64,000 nt of DNA from Armatimonadota bacterium (GTDB taxonomy: Bacteria; Armatimonadota; UBA10988), in NCBI GenBank assembly GCA_016235455.1, contig JACRKZ010000008.1, positions 51,584 to 115,583 of the forward strand. Direction: 5' to 3'. Below are positions 39,258 to 49,677 of the stretch, one piece after another. Made by a program: the position numbers and the translations under genes. How positions within the stretch are numbered: the stretch's first letter is position 1; each line of letters begins with the position of its first letter. The notes beneath the pieces were generated by a model. The model did not search any database. It was not told the DNA's origin and saw only the letters and a program-made list of their open reading frames with translations.

Positions 39258-41795
39258 TCACCGCGTCAGAAGGTACCACATCGTGGCGGCGCCGCCACCA
39301 CACTCCAGCTTCCGGCGGTCGCTGCTCAAGGGCTGCGCGCCGCGGGCGCGACCGTTCTCGTCCAGCGCCACGGCCTTGGCCACCGGCGGCATGGTCACGG
39401 TCAGCGGCACCGGCTCGGCCAACACCGGGCCTCTACCCCAGTCCAGCGGCACGCCGTCCACATTCGTCTTCTGCTCAGTGTTGCGCACGCGGCCCACGAC
39501 GGACAGCAACACGCGCTTGGCGGAGCGGATCGGCTGGCCATCGAGACTGACCAGCGCCGCGATGGCATGGCTGCCGGGCGCACCGCCGAAATGCAGCGTC
39601 ACGTCGCCCAACTCCACCGTCTGGCCGCCGACAAACCCCGCCACCAGGCGCGCCGCGGGCGCATTGACCAGCAGTCGTTCCGCGCCCCGTGTACGATCCC
39701 AGGTGACCTGGCCCGTGTCGGTCACCACCTGTTGGCCCTGCGGCGCGGGCACCGCCCGCGACGCCTTGGGCTGGCCCTCGCCGGGCACCAGCGTGACCGC
39801 CGTGCCGCACAGCCACGGGGCCAGGCTATCCACGCCGGCGTCGGACCACGACACCGCTTGCCAGCCGCCGCGGTCGCGGGCCGTCGCGGCGATGCACGCT
39901 GCTTGCGGCACGGTCAGCTCCACGCGTTGCTCGGCGGGTTTGACCAGACCCAGCCGATAGAGCAGCGCCGAGGCGGGAATCATGGCCATCTGGCCGCTGT
40001 GGCCAGTGGTGCCGAAGGCCGAGGTGAGGTAGCCGCGACCCGGTGACGAGCCAAAGTTGTACCAGGCGTAATCGAGCAGGCAGCTCCAGCCCTGGTAGGA
40101 GCCCAGCGTGGCCAGCAGCGGGAAGCACTCGGCGGCGTACGGGTTGGGCGGGTTCAGGTCGAACTCCGTGACGAAGAACGGCTTGCCCGCCACGCGCCAG
40201 TTGGCCAGCGAGCGCAGCCCGCCATTCGCCTCGCGCACCATGGACTTGGCGTCGGTGGTCCAGTACTGCCGGCCATCGACAGTCACCTGGCGTGGGTGCG
40301 CCGGGTAGGCGTGCATGTCGGTGACCTCGCCGGGCGCCTCGCGCAGCCAGCCGCAGGCGCCTCCGTAGCTGGCCTGAGTGCACAGGACCATAGCGTCGCT
40401 ACGCAACTCGTCGCGGATGAGCCGGCGCAGCCGCGCCACGTAGTCGGCCTCACAGTCCACCAGGAAGGCCACGTAGTCCCGTGCCTGGCCGCTCGTGCCA
40501 TTGTTGCCTACCAACTTGACGCTGCCGGTCTCCAGGCGTTCGCCGGGGGCCAGCGGGTCGGGCTCGCCCTCGCGCAGCGACAGGCCGGCAAGGTCGAACG
40601 TGCCCATCTGGTTGTCGGCGTTGAGGTTCATCCGTACCGGCCGGCCGGCAGGGTCACCCACCACCAGGCTGACTTCGCACCGTCGCCACTCGGGGGTGAG
40701 CTTGACCCGTGACCCGGCGGCCACCTGACTCCAGGGCTCCACCTGCAGCATCATCGACAGATCGAGGTAGTCACTGCCACCGGGCCGACAGCGGCCCATG
40801 AAGCTGAGCGTGTAGGTGCGGCGCGCCTGCACGGGCACGCTGCTGGCCATGAGCTGGTGGTGATAGAAGGCGGTGCCCGGCGCGGTGACATCCCAGCGCA
40901 GGTACTTCCCGGTCGGCGCGGTGGCGTCGACCATGGCGGTCAACGTGCCGTGCCCGCCGACCTTCTGGTAGGCCCAGGGATCCATGCCCCGGACCAGCTC
41001 CGGCCCGACCAACCCGCCGCCCCAAGCCCGCGCGAGGGCTTCCGTGCTGGGGTAGTGCGCCTTGAGCCAGGCGTTCCATTTGGCGCGCAGGGGCTCGCTG
41101 AAGGCGGCCGGCAACGCCGCGTACTGGCCCCAGTTGGTTAGCGCGGTGTTCTCGTTGTTGAGCTCGATGACCGCCACGCCCGGGTCGTCCGCGTAGCGCA
41201 GTCCTGTGTAGGTGTTGCGGTGGTCCAGCAGTTCGCGCGCGAAGCGCAGTTGGCTCTCGATGTATGGCTCGTGCACGAAATCGAGGTGCTTGCCCATCCA
41301 GTCCCAACCCGGCGGCATGTCGGCATAGCCGCGGGCCACATGCAGGTTGAGATCGACATACACGCCGTGCTGCTTGAGTTTGGCGAAGAACCAGTCGAGC
41401 TGGTCGAGCTTCTCGGGGTTGAGCGTCTGCCGGTCGGCGTTGAGAATGCCCCGGGGCGCGACGTCCCAGTCGTAGTAGTGGAACCGTACGCAGTTCATGC
41501 CCAGCTGCGCCAGACGCCTGGCGGCCGGTTCAGCCTGCTCCTTGGGCATCATCGGCCAGAAGTCGGTGATGTTGCTGCCGATCAGCCGCACCGGCTGTCC
41601 GCGCTCATCGACCACCTGCTCACCGCGAGCCCGCAACCGACCGTGAGCACCAGCAGGCTCGGCATTGAGGTACGACAGGTCCAGATCGGCGCCATCGGTG
41701 GCCGCCGTGGCCAGGTCGGGAATGCTGAACGGGAACCAGGCGGGCTCGCCCGCCAGAAGCAACTGCGCGGCCAACGTCAGGACTAACAAGATCAC
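39258..41795 (-). CDS. Secreted clan-A (GH5-like) glycoside hydrolase with inserted CBM4/9-like module
   Basis: [10 protein letters not shown] plus GTG signal peptide; GMNCVRFH, DLNLHVAR, ELNNEN acid/base, HAYPAHP, FVTEF nucleophile; VKLTPEWRR CBM-like insert. Confidence 0.8.
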   Translation of the reverse strand: MILLVLTLAAQLLLAGEPAWFPFSIPDLATAATDGADLDLSYLNAEPAGAHGRLRARGEQVVDERGQPVRLIGSNITDFWPMMPKEQAEPAARRLAQLGMNCVRFHYYDWDVAPRGILNADRQTLNPEKLDQLDWFFAKLKQHGVYVDLNLHVARGYADMPPGWDWMGKHLDFVHEPYIESQLRFARELLDHRNTYTGLRYADDPGVAVIELNNENTALTNWGQYAALPAAFSEPLRAKWNAWLKAHYPSTEALARAWGGGLVGPELVRGMDPWAYQKVGGHGTLTAMVDATAPTGKYLRWDVTAPGTAFYHHQLMASSVPVQARRTYTLSFMGRCRPGGSDYLDLSMMLQVEPWSQVAAGSRVKLTPEWRRCEVSLVVGDPAGRPVRMNLNADNQMGTFDLAGLSLREGEPDPLAPGERLETGSVKLVGNNGTSGQARDYVAFLVDCEADYVARLRRLIRDELRSDAMVLCTQASYGGACGWLREAPGEVTDMHAYPAHPRQVTVDGRQYWTTDAKSMVREANGGLRSLANWRVAGKPFFVTEFDLNPPNPYAAECFPLLATLGSYQGWSCLLDYAWYNFGSSPGRGYLTSAFGTTGHSGQMAMIPASALLYRLGLVKPAEQRVELTVPQAACIAATARDRGGWQAVSWSDAGVDSLAPWLCGTAVTLVPGEGQPKASRAVPAPQGQQVVTDTGQVTWDRTRGAERLLVNAPAARLVAGFVGGQTVELGDVTLHFGGAPGSHAIAALVSLDGQPIRSAKRVLLSVVGRVRNTEQKTNVDGVPLDWGRGPVLAEPVPLTVTMPPVAKAVALDENGRARGAQPLSSDRRKLECGGGAATMWYLLTR

Positions 41796-41879
41796 CCTCT
41801 CCCACGTGCTGCTGTTCGGGGACGCGTCACCGTCTCCTGCCGACGGTGCGCGAGGCGCGCGTTGTGCTAGGATCGCCGC

Positions 41880-43205
41880 ATGACACGTCGTCTGCTGACA
41901 CTGCTGCCGCTCCTGCTCGCCGCCTGTGCCCCCAAGCCCGCGCCACGACCCGCGCCCAGCCCGACGCCCGCGCCGACGCCGGCGCCGTTGGTCACTCAGG
42001 CGACGGTGCCCGGCGAGCCGCCCACGCCACCGGCCCGCATCTGGCGCGAGGGCCGGCAGGAGGTGCCGGTGATCATGTACCACGACGTCTGCGCCAAGCC
42101 CGAGGTGTGGTTCGACCTGACCACCCCTGAGTTCGAGCGACAGATGGCGCTGCTCCGCGAACGCAACATGACCGTCGTGCCGCTGGCCGACGTGGTCGAC
42201 CACCTGCGCGACGGCAAGCCGCTGCCCAAGCGCGCGGTGGCCCTGACCTTCGACCAGGGCTGCCTGGGCAACCTGACCGACGCCTGGCCCATCCTCCGGC
42301 GGTACGGCTATCCAGCCACGTTCTTCGTGCACACCGACTTCGTAGGCAAGAAGACGAGCAAGCAGCACCTGACCTGGGAGCAACTCAAGACGCTCGTGGC
42401 CACCGGCCAGATCGACGTGCAGCCCCAGAGCTGCACTTTCCCCGAGTTCATGCAGGACCTGCCCGAGAAGGACATCCTGGCCGAACTCCGCCAGAGCCGG
42501 ACCGCGGTAGAGAAGAACCTGGGTACGCGAGTCCGTTTCTACGCGCATCCCTATGGCAACGGCGACGACAAGGTGGCCAAGGCGCTGGAGGAGCTGGGCT
42601 ACGAAGCGGCCTGGAACGAGGTGCGCGCGCCCAACGCCTCACCGGCCGACCGCTTCTTCCTGCCGCGCTATGCGCCCAAGCGCCTGGGCGAGGCCATCGA
42701 CCGCGCCACCCGCGCCATGCCCGGCGTGTGGTCAGCCGGGCCTCTAAAGCTCAGTACCACGGGCGCGGCCTCGGCGCCGGCCGGGCTTCGGCTGACCTGG
42801 GACGCGTTGGATGCCGGGCTCGGCCGCGCCTTGCGCCGCGACGGCCGGCGCCAGCCCATGGGCGAGGGTGAGCAGCTCGGCCTGCTGGCCACACCGATGG
42901 TGGTCGTCTCGGCCAAGGAGGTACTGTTCTGCCGGTTCGGCGGCTGGATGAACCCGGCGGCCAAGCTGCGCACCCCCGGTGACCCGCTGGCCACGCTGCT
43001 GCCCGGCGCGACAAACGCGGGGCTCGGCCGCGACTGGGCCATCCATGAGGGCAAGGCGTTGGCTGGCGAGGGCTCCGCGCGAGCGCTGGTGGGCATCACC
43101 GCCGGTGGCCGGCTGTTCACGCTGCGCGCGCCCGAGCGCGCCACGCGCGCCAAGCTGACGCAAGCCGCGCTAGGGCTCGGCGCGGTTGAGGGCGTCACCT
43201 TCTAG
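41880..43205 (+). CDS. Polysaccharide deacetylase (CE4/NodB)-like lipoprotein, degenerate active site
   Basis: LLAAC lipobox, Pro-rich linker, PVIMYHDV, LTFDQG, PATFFV, HPYG. Confidence 0.8.
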   Translation: MTRRLLTLLPLLLAACAPKPAPRPAPSPTPAPTPAPLVTQATVPGEPPTPPARIWREGRQEVPVIMYHDVCAKPEVWFDLTTPEFERQMALLRERNMTVVPLADVVDHLRDGKPLPKRAVALTFDQGCLGNLTDAWPILRRYGYPATFFVHTDFVGKKTSKQHLTWEQLKTLVATGQIDVQPQSCTFPEFMQDLPEKDILAELRQSRTAVEKNLGTRVRFYAHPYGNGDDKVAKALEELGYEAAWNEVRAPNASPADRFFLPRYAPKRLGEAIDRATRAMPGVWSAGPLKLSTTGAASAPAGLRLTWDALDAGLGRALRRDGRRQPMGEGEQLGLLATPMVVVSAKEVLFCRFGGWMNPAAKLRTPGDPLATLLPGATNAGLGRDWAIHEGKALAGEGSARALVGITAGGRLFTLRAPERATRAKLTQAALGLGAVEGVTF

Positions 43206-43212
43206 CGATCGG

Positions 43213-44109
43213 TCAGCCGCGCGGCGTGGGCCGCTCGGGCTTCCAGCGGTCAGCCTGGTTGAGCCGTTTCTCCAGCCAGCGCAGGTAGTCCAGATCGCGC
43301 CGGACGAAGGCGTCGGGATCGCCCTGGCCGCAGTACTCGAGGCCCAGCAGGCCGCTGTAGCCGGACTGCTCAAGCGCGCTGAGCACCTCGAAGTAGTCGA
43401 TGCAGCCGGCCTCGAGCGGGATATCCCAGTCGTGGCCCCAGGGGTAGAGCTTGAGGTTCTTGAGGTGCGTGTAGCGCATCCGCCCCTGCATGGAGTGGAC
43501 CGCTTCGGCCAGGTTGAGGTGCCGGTCGGTGAGCAGTAGGTTGGCGAAATCGACGGACACGCCGACCGTCTCGTGGTCGAGGTGACCCGAGGTCCACAGC
43601 GCACCCTCGAAGCTGTCGGCGATGGTGCCGGGCCGGACCTCGACCGCGGCGCGCAGGCCGTGGGGCTCCAGCGCCTCGGCCAGCACTTCCAGCGCCTCGC
43701 GGCAGGCCGAGAAGTCGGCTTCGTCGGCCTCGTCGGAGGCCAGCACGTGGCTGCCATCGGGCCGCACGCGCTCCAGCAGCAGATGCACCAGGCCGGTGCC
43801 GCTGTCGGCCAGCTGGCTCAGCACGTCGGGCGAGAAGTAGGTCGGATTGCGCCGCACCAACTGGTCGGGCGAGGTCACCACGAAGTTGTGCAGGTAGGCC
43901 ACGGCCACGCGCACCTGGTGCTGCCTGGCCAGGCGGCTGGCCTGCTCCAGCGCCAGACCGATGCCATCGATCGAGCACAGATCGGCGTCGGCGCACGGCC
44001 GGATCTCGACCGCGCCGAAGCCGTGGTCGGCCGCGGCTTCGAACAGCCGCCGCATCGGCCAGTGCCGATAGGTCCAGCCGACCAGACAGAGTTGAGACTC
44101 GACTCGCAT
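43213..44109 (-). CDS. Sugar phosphate isomerase/epimerase (xylose isomerase-like TIM barrel)
   Basis: GFGAVEI, AVEV, VDFAN, THLKN, GYSGLLGLEY. Confidence 0.82.
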   Translation of the reverse strand: MRVESQLCLVGWTYRHWPMRRLFEAAADHGFGAVEIRPCADADLCSIDGIGLALEQASRLARQHQVRVAVAYLHNFVVTSPDQLVRRNPTYFSPDVLSQLADSGTGLVHLLLERVRPDGSHVLASDEADEADFSACREALEVLAEALEPHGLRAAVEVRPGTIADSFEGALWTSGHLDHETVGVSVDFANLLLTDRHLNLAEAVHSMQGRMRYTHLKNLKLYPWGHDWDIPLEAGCIDYFEVLSALEQSGYSGLLGLEYCGQGDPDAFVRRDLDYLRWLEKRLNQADRWKPERPTPRG

Positions 44110-44121
44110 TCCCCCTACCCT

Positions 44122-45387
44122 CTACAGAGCCTGCCAGGCGATGTCCCGCCGGCAATGCGCGCCCTCGAATGTGATGCGGTCCACGGCTTCATAGGCCCGG
44201 GCCACGGTGGAGCGCAGGTCGTCACCGGTAGCCGTGACACCCAGCACCCGGCCGCCCGCGGTGACCACCTGTCCGTCCACCAGCCTGGTGCCCGCGTGGA
44301 ACACGACCACCCCATCCAACGCCTCCGCCTCCGCCAGCCCGCCGATGGGCAGACCCGTGGCATACGCTTCGGGATAGCCGCCCGAAGCCATGACGACACA
44401 GGCGGCCGCCTTGTTCGACAGCCGCACCTCGACCTGGTCGAGTTGGCCGGTGGCGGTGGCCAGGCAGGCCTCACCGAAGTCGCCCTCGATACGCGGCATG
44501 AGTACCTGCGTCTCGGGGTCGCCGAAGCGACAGTTGTACTCCAGCGTCTGCGGACCCTCGTCGGTGATGAGGAACCCGCCGAACAGCACGCCGCGGTACG
44601 GCATGCCACGCTCGGCCAGGGCGCGAGCCGTGGGCTTGACGCAGGTCTCGATGGCCTGCTCGATGAGCGCGTCGGAGAACAGCGGCACCGGGCTGTAGGC
44701 GCCCATGCCGCCGGTGTTGAGGCCGCGGTCACCGTCGAGCGCGCGCTTGTGGTCCTGCGCCACGGGCAGCGGCACCACGGTCTCGCCGTCGACCAGGGCA
44801 AACACGCTCATCTCGGGGCCGTTCAGGCAGGCCTCGATGACGATGCGCTCGCCGGCGGCGCCAAAGGCCCGCTCGTCGAGCAACTGCGTCACCGCGAGTT
44901 CGGCCTCGGCCAGCGTGGCGCACATGATGGCGCCCTTGCCCGCGCAGAGACCGTCAGCCTTGACGACGATGGGCGCGCCCATGCGTCGCAGGTAGGCCTT
45001 GGCCTCGGCGGAGCTGTCGAAGCACTCGAACGCCGCGGTGGGCACGCCCGCGGCGCGGAACAGTTCCTTGGAGAAGACCTTGCTGCCCTCGATCTGGGCG
45101 GGCGCAGCGTCGGGTCCGAAGGTGGCGATGCCGGCCGCGCGCAGGCGGTCAGCCAGCCCGGCCACCAGCGGCGCCTCGGGGCCCACCACCACCAGGTCCA
45201 CCGACTCGCGCCGGGCGACCGCCACGATGTGGTCGATGTCGTCCACCGAGCCGGGCAGGCAGGTGGCCACGGCGGCGATACCAGGATTGCCCGGCAGGGC
45301 CAACAGCCGCGTCACGCTGGGGCTCTGGGCGAGCCGCCAACAGAGCGCGTGTTCGCGCCCACCGCCACCAATCACCAGGACCTGCAT
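44122..45387 (-). CDS. purD: Phosphoribosylamine-glycine ligase
   Basis: [47 protein letters not shown]. Confidence 0.97.
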   Translation of the reverse strand: MQVLVIGGGGREHALCWRLAQSPSVTRLLALPGNPGIAAVATCLPGSVDDIDHIVAVARRESVDLVVVGPEAPLVAGLADRLRAAGIATFGPDAAPAQIEGSKVFSKELFRAAGVPTAAFECFDSSAEAKAYLRRMGAPIVVKADGLCAGKGAIMCATLAEAELAVTQLLDERAFGAAGERIVIEACLNGPEMSVFALVDGETVVPLPVAQDHKRALDGDRGLNTGGMGAYSPVPLFSDALIEQAIETCVKPTARALAERGMPYRGVLFGGFLITDEGPQTLEYNCRFGDPETQVLMPRIEGDFGEACLATATGQLDQVEVRLSNKAAACVVMASGGYPEAYATGLPIGGLAEAEALDGVVVFHAGTRLVDGQVVTAGGRVLGVTATGDDLRSTVARAYEAVDRITFEGAHCRRDIAWQAL

Positions 45388-45408
45388 GGTCTACCTCTCC
45401 GGGCCGGG

Positions 45409-46815
45409 TCAGTCACCCCAGCGGTTCTCCATGTTGACAAAGCGCTTCTGCTGCCGAATGAACCCGACCTTGACCGCGCCGGTGGGGCCGTTGCGCTGCT
45501 TGGCGACAATGATCTCGGCTTCCTCGGGCAGCGGATCGTCCTCGTACGCATCGTCGGCCGCCGGCTGCTCGGCAATGTCCTTGCGCTGGTAGTAGCTCTC
45601 GCGGTAGATGAACATGACCACGTCGGCGTCGGCCTCGATCTGGCCCGACTCGCGCAGGTCGGAGAGCATCGGCCGCTTGTTGTCCCGACTCTCCACGCCT
45701 CGGCTGAGCTGCGACAGGACGATGATCGGCACGTCCAGCTCCTTGGCCAGGCCCTTGAGCGAGCGGGTCAGCGCCGACACCTCGTTCACGCGGTTCTCGG
45801 CCTTGCTGTCCGAGCGCATGAGCTGCAGGTAGTCGACCACCAGCAGGCCCAGCTTGCCTTGCTCGGCTTCCAGCCGGCGTGCCTTGGCGCGCATTTCCAG
45901 CGGCGAGATGGCCGAACTGTCGTCCACGAAGATGGGCGCCTCGCGCAGGTCCTCGAGCGCGTGGCTGACGCGCTGCCAGTCTTCCTCGCGTAGCCGGCTG
46001 GTGCGCCAGCGGCCAAGGTTGACCTGCGCCTGGGTGCAGATCATGCCGCCGATGACCTGCTCCTTGCTCATTTCGCAACTGAAGATACCCACCACCGCGC
46101 GGCGGTCGCTGCGAAGCGCGCAGTTCATGGCGATACACACGGCCAGCGAGGTCTTGCCCATCGACGGTCGCGCCGCGAGCACGATCAGGTCGCCGCCGTT
46201 CATGCCCGAGAGCATGCGGTCCAGGTCGGTGTAGCCGGTGGGCAGGCCGGTCAGCGCGCCGTGGTCGTAGAAGCGCTGCTCAACCTGCTCGTAGATGCGC
46301 AGCGACACGGGCCGCACGTGCTCGAAATCGTGGGTCGAGCGGGCCTGCGCCAGGCTCATGATGCGCGCCGACGCCTGGTCGAGTACCTCGCGAGCGTCGA
46401 TGCCCGGCGAGTAGCACTGGGAGGCGATGTGCTGGCTGGTGTACAGCAGGCCGCGCAGGATGGCCTTCTCCTTGACCCGCGCCGAGTAGGTGCCGGCGTT
46501 GGTGGAGAAAGGAGTGCTGCGCACGAGCCGATCGATGTAGTCGAGCCCGCCGACCGAATCAAGCCGGTCCATGGCCCGCAGCTCGCTGGCCACGGTGACC
46601 GAGTCGATGGGCTCATTGCGCTCGAACAGGTTGAAGCACGCGCGGCAGATGTGCGCGTGCGCATCACGGTAGAAGTCGTCGACCTTGAGATGCTCGGCCA
46701 CGACCCCGGCAGCCTCGCGACTGCCCAGGATCATGGCGCCGAGCGTGGCTTGCTCAGCCTCCAGGTCTTGGGGTGGCAAGCGGTCGGCATCTAGCCCATC
46801 GGCCAAACTGTCCAT
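45409..46815 (-). CDS. dnaB: Replicative DNA helicase
   Basis: PPQDLEAEQ, AARPSMGKT, VDYLQLM, SQLSRGVE, SDLRESG, KQRNGPTG; no intein. Confidence 0.97.
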   Translation of the reverse strand: MDSLADGLDADRLPPQDLEAEQATLGAMILGSREAAGVVAEHLKVDDFYRDAHAHICRACFNLFERNEPIDSVTVASELRAMDRLDSVGGLDYIDRLVRSTPFSTNAGTYSARVKEKAILRGLLYTSQHIASQCYSPGIDAREVLDQASARIMSLAQARSTHDFEHVRPVSLRIYEQVEQRFYDHGALTGLPTGYTDLDRMLSGMNGGDLIVLAARPSMGKTSLAVCIAMNCALRSDRRAVVGIFSCEMSKEQVIGGMICTQAQVNLGRWRTSRLREEDWQRVSHALEDLREAPIFVDDSSAISPLEMRAKARRLEAEQGKLGLLVVDYLQLMRSDSKAENRVNEVSALTRSLKGLAKELDVPIIVLSQLSRGVESRDNKRPMLSDLRESGQIEADADVVMFIYRESYYQRKDIAEQPAADDAYEDDPLPEEAEIIVAKQRNGPTGAVKVGFIRQQKRFVNMENRWGD

Positions 46816-46909
46816 GCGCTGGTCCCCAAACTGGGGACGCCCCAGTGTCGCCGTCAGCACCCGCCGAGGCGCCCTGGGGCGTCGTCCAAACTCGGTCGCG
46901 GCTCCGCGA

Positions 46910-47446
46910 TCAGTCTTCGATCGCGCCGCCGGTGATGATCGGCTTGGGCTTCGGCGCGCTGGACAGCACTTCCTCCGCACCCGCGGTGGCCGGCTCGTCC
47001 AGGGCCTTCACCGTGACCGTCACCTCGGCGGCGATGTCATGGTAGAAGACGTACTTGACGGTGTGGACGCCCAGGTCGCGCAGGTGGTCGCCGGGGATGC
47101 GGCACTGGCCGGCCGAAACCACGGTACCGTGGGTCTGGCGCAGAGCCTCGCAGATATCCTTGGCGGTCACCGAACCATAGAGCTTGCCAGCGGCGGTGGC
47201 GCGAGCGCGCACCGTGACGGCCTTGCCATGCACCTTGTTGCGCTCGGTGGTGGCGGCGTCGCGGCGGACCTGCTCCTTGCGCGCCTCGGCGCGCTGCAGA
47301 GCCATAGCCTGCTTCTTCGCACCCGTCGTGGCGATCATGGCGATGCCCTGGGGCAGCAGCCAGTTGCGAGCAAAGCCATCCGCGACGTGCACAATGGCGC
47401 CACGATTGCCCAGCTTCTCAACCGGCTTGTTCAGAATGACTTCCAT
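46910..47446 (-). CDS. rplI: 50S ribosomal protein L9
   Basis: MEVIL..VEKLG..G..V.VADGFARNWLLP, GKLYGSVT. Confidence 0.95.
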   Translation of the reverse strand: MEVILNKPVEKLGNRGAIVHVADGFARNWLLPQGIAMIATTGAKKQAMALQRAEARKEQVRRDAATTERNKVHGKAVTVRARATAAGKLYGSVTAKDICEALRQTHGTVVSAGQCRIPGDHLRDLGVHTVKYVFYHDIAAEVTVTVKALDEPATAGAEEVLSSAPKPKPIITGGAIED

Positions 47447-47481
47447 GGGGGACTCGCCCTCCTCAATCCGTAGGTCGGGTG

Positions 47482-47509
47482 ATTGTAGCACGGGTCGCGC
47501 TAACGGCAA
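47482..47509 (-). promoter_or_regulatory. Promoter of rplI-dnaB-purD: TTGCCG-N16-TACAAT with extended TG
   Basis: Minus strand TTGCCGttagcgcgacccgtgcTACAAT. Confidence 0.6.
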
Positions 47510-47573
47510 GCATCCGGGCGCGCTTCGCGCACGGCGCAGGGCGTGCGACTTGGGACGCGGGGTCCGCGCGGGC

Positions 47574-48590
47574 CTAGCCGCCCGGCCCGACGAGTACTTT
47601 CAGCGCCTGTCCGCTGCCCGCGACGGCCAGGGCCTCGCCGAACTGCTCCAGCCCGAAGCGGTGTGAGATGAGCGGCTCCACCCGGACTCGGCCGCCGGCC
47701 AGCAGCTCCAGCGCCCGCTGATGGGTGAACGGGTTGATGTACGAGCCCATCACCGTCAGCTCGTTGAGGAACACCTCATAGGGCCGCAGGGCCACCTCCG
47801 CCTCCTTGGGGCAGACGCCGAACAGCACCACGCGGCCGCCGCGACGAGCCGAGGAAAGCGCGGTCAGGACCGTGTCGGCCCGGCCCACACACTCGAACAC
47901 CACGTCAGGGCCGATGCCCATGGCGGCGCGCGCGACGCGCGCCACGTCGTCGATCGCCGGATCGATGGCCAGGTCGGCGCCCAGGCTCAGCGCCAAGTCG
48001 CGCTTGGCCGCGACGGGATCGGCCACCGCCACCAGGGCCGCGCCGGCGACGCGCGCCAACTGCGCCATGAGCAGCCCGATGGGCCCGGCGCCTACCACCA
48101 GAACGCGCTCGCCCGGCGCGATGGCCGCGCGGTCGACGCCATGCACGCAGCAGGCCAGCGGCTCGCAGCACGCCGCCTGCTCGAAGCTCACCGACTCGGG
48201 CAGACGGTAGGCCTGCGCGACCGGCACCACACAGCGCTCGGCGAATCCGCCGGGCTGGTTGACGCCCACGGCGGTCAGCCGCTCGCAGAGGTGCACCAGG
48301 CCACGCCGGCAGTAGGCGCAGGCGCCGCAGACGATGTTCGGATCGATGGTCACGCGGTCGCCCACGGCCAGGTCGGTCACACCGGCACCCACTTCGACCA
48401 CGGTGCCGCTGAACTCGTGGCCGGGCGTGAGCGGGTAGTCGGCACGGAACCCGCCGTGCAGGATGTGGACATCGGTACCGCAGACGCCGCACCAGGCAAC
48501 GGCCACTCGGGCCTGGCCCGGTCCGCACGGCGGCTCGGTCAACTCGACAACGCGCGCCTGGCCCGGCGCTTCGATCACGGCAGCTCGCAT
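47574..48590 (-). CDS. Zinc-dependent alcohol/polyol dehydrogenase
   Basis: CGTD, GHEFSG, CGACAYC...C structural Zn site, EPLAC, GAGPIG. Confidence 0.93.
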   Translation of the reverse strand: MRAAVIEAPGQARVVELTEPPCGPGQARVAVAWCGVCGTDVHILHGGFRADYPLTPGHEFSGTVVEVGAGVTDLAVGDRVTIDPNIVCGACAYCRRGLVHLCERLTAVGVNQPGGFAERCVVPVAQAYRLPESVSFEQAACCEPLACCVHGVDRAAIAPGERVLVVGAGPIGLLMAQLARVAGAALVAVADPVAAKRDLALSLGADLAIDPAIDDVARVARAAMGIGPDVVFECVGRADTVLTALSSARRGGRVVLFGVCPKEAEVALRPYEVFLNELTVMGSYINPFTHQRALELLAGGRVRVEPLISHRFGLEQFGEALAVAGSGQALKVLVGPGG

Positions 48591-48601
48591 GGCACCTTCA
48601 C

Positions 48602-49618
48602 CTACTTGGTCTCAAAGGTACCATCTTGGCCCATCTCCGTCCGGTACCCTGTGCCATACAGCCAGTCCTTGGCGGCGGCATCGCCTCGGAGCCAGGCATC
48701 CCAGAACGCCGTGCAGCCCTGACGCAGCAGACTGTGGATGCGCGCGTCGAGCTTCTGGTCGCGACCGGCCAGCCGTGCGGCCATGGCCGGGGCCAGTGCC
48801 TGCCCTTCGTTCCGGTAGCCGGTGAAGACCATGTGATCGGCGTCCTTGTAGATGACCAGCGTCTGGTTGGGCCCTTTGGTGTGGTGGTAGGGGAGGCGAC
48901 GCTGCTCGGGAGTGGTCTCGCCGATGGGGCTGCTGTCCTTGGTGCCAGTCAGGTGCAGCACGGGAATCTTGATGCCGCCGTAGATGGTGTCGGCCCGGTC
49001 CTCCTGTTTGCCCACGGCCGGCGCGCTCATGGCGATCGCCGCGGTGATGCGCGAGTCGCCAAAGGTCACCTCGCGGCGGCCGAACGGGAAGGTCATGCCC
49101 GCCGCGGCCAGCGTGGTGTAGCCGCCGAAGCTGTGGCCGGACACGCCAATGTGGGTCGTGTCCAGCCGGCCCCGGAGCGGGCCTTCGGCGGCGTTGAGCG
49201 CCATCAGCTGGTCGATGGCGAAGCTGACGTCCTTGGGCCGGTTGATCAGGTTGCGCGGGTCGGCCGCGGCGCGGCGCAGCGCCGCCATGGGGTCGGCCAC
49301 GCCACGCCACACGGCATCGTCGCTGCCCAGGTGCTGCACGTTGCAGACCACATAGCCCCACGAAGTCCAGTGCTGGCTGTGCATGGCGTAGGCCTGCCTG
49401 TTGCCGCCCAGGCCGTGGCTGAAGATGATGACGGGGAACGGGCCGGGCCCTTCCTTGGGGTACCACAGGCGGACAGGCACCTGGCGGTCACGGGCGGTGT
49501 CCTTCCAGTCGAGGTCGAGGTAGACCGGCGTGATGGGCCCGGCCTCGGCGCGGTACGGCTCGGCCTGCGCGCAGCCTGCCAGCAAGAAAGCACACAGCCA
49601 CCAGCATCGGCGTCCCAT
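48602..49618 (-). CDS. Alpha/beta hydrolase lipoprotein (PAF-AH/dienelactone hydrolase-like)
   Basis: LAGC lipobox, FSHGLGG, GHSFG nucleophile, GTKD, ADH triad residues. Confidence 0.87.
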   Translation of the reverse strand: MGRRCWWLCAFLLAGCAQAEPYRAEAGPITPVYLDLDWKDTARDRQVPVRLWYPKEGPGPFPVIIFSHGLGGNRQAYAMHSQHWTSWGYVVCNVQHLGSDDAVWRGVADPMAALRRAAADPRNLINRPKDVSFAIDQLMALNAAEGPLRGRLDTTHIGVSGHSFGGYTTLAAAGMTFPFGRREVTFGDSRITAAIAMSAPAVGKQEDRADTIYGGIKIPVLHLTGTKDSSPIGETTPEQRRLPYHHTKGPNQTLVIYKDADHMVFTGYRNEGQALAPAMAARLAGRDQKLDARIHSLLRQGCTAFWDAWLRGDAAAKDWLYGTGYRTEMGQDGTFETK

Positions 49619-49677
49619 CGGGTTCCTCCGGGCGCACAGACGCTGATGGCTGCGTTGGTGTTCGATGGAGCTGCTGA

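Noticed and set aside
43573-45993. Long antisense or alternate-frame ORFs (for example 43573-45993, 51575-53950, 21031-23013, 26626-28251)
   Set aside because: Shadows of real genes caused by high GC3 and few stops; no motifs of their own
45409-46815. Possible intein in DnaB
   Set aside because: Normal length and continuous helicase motifs
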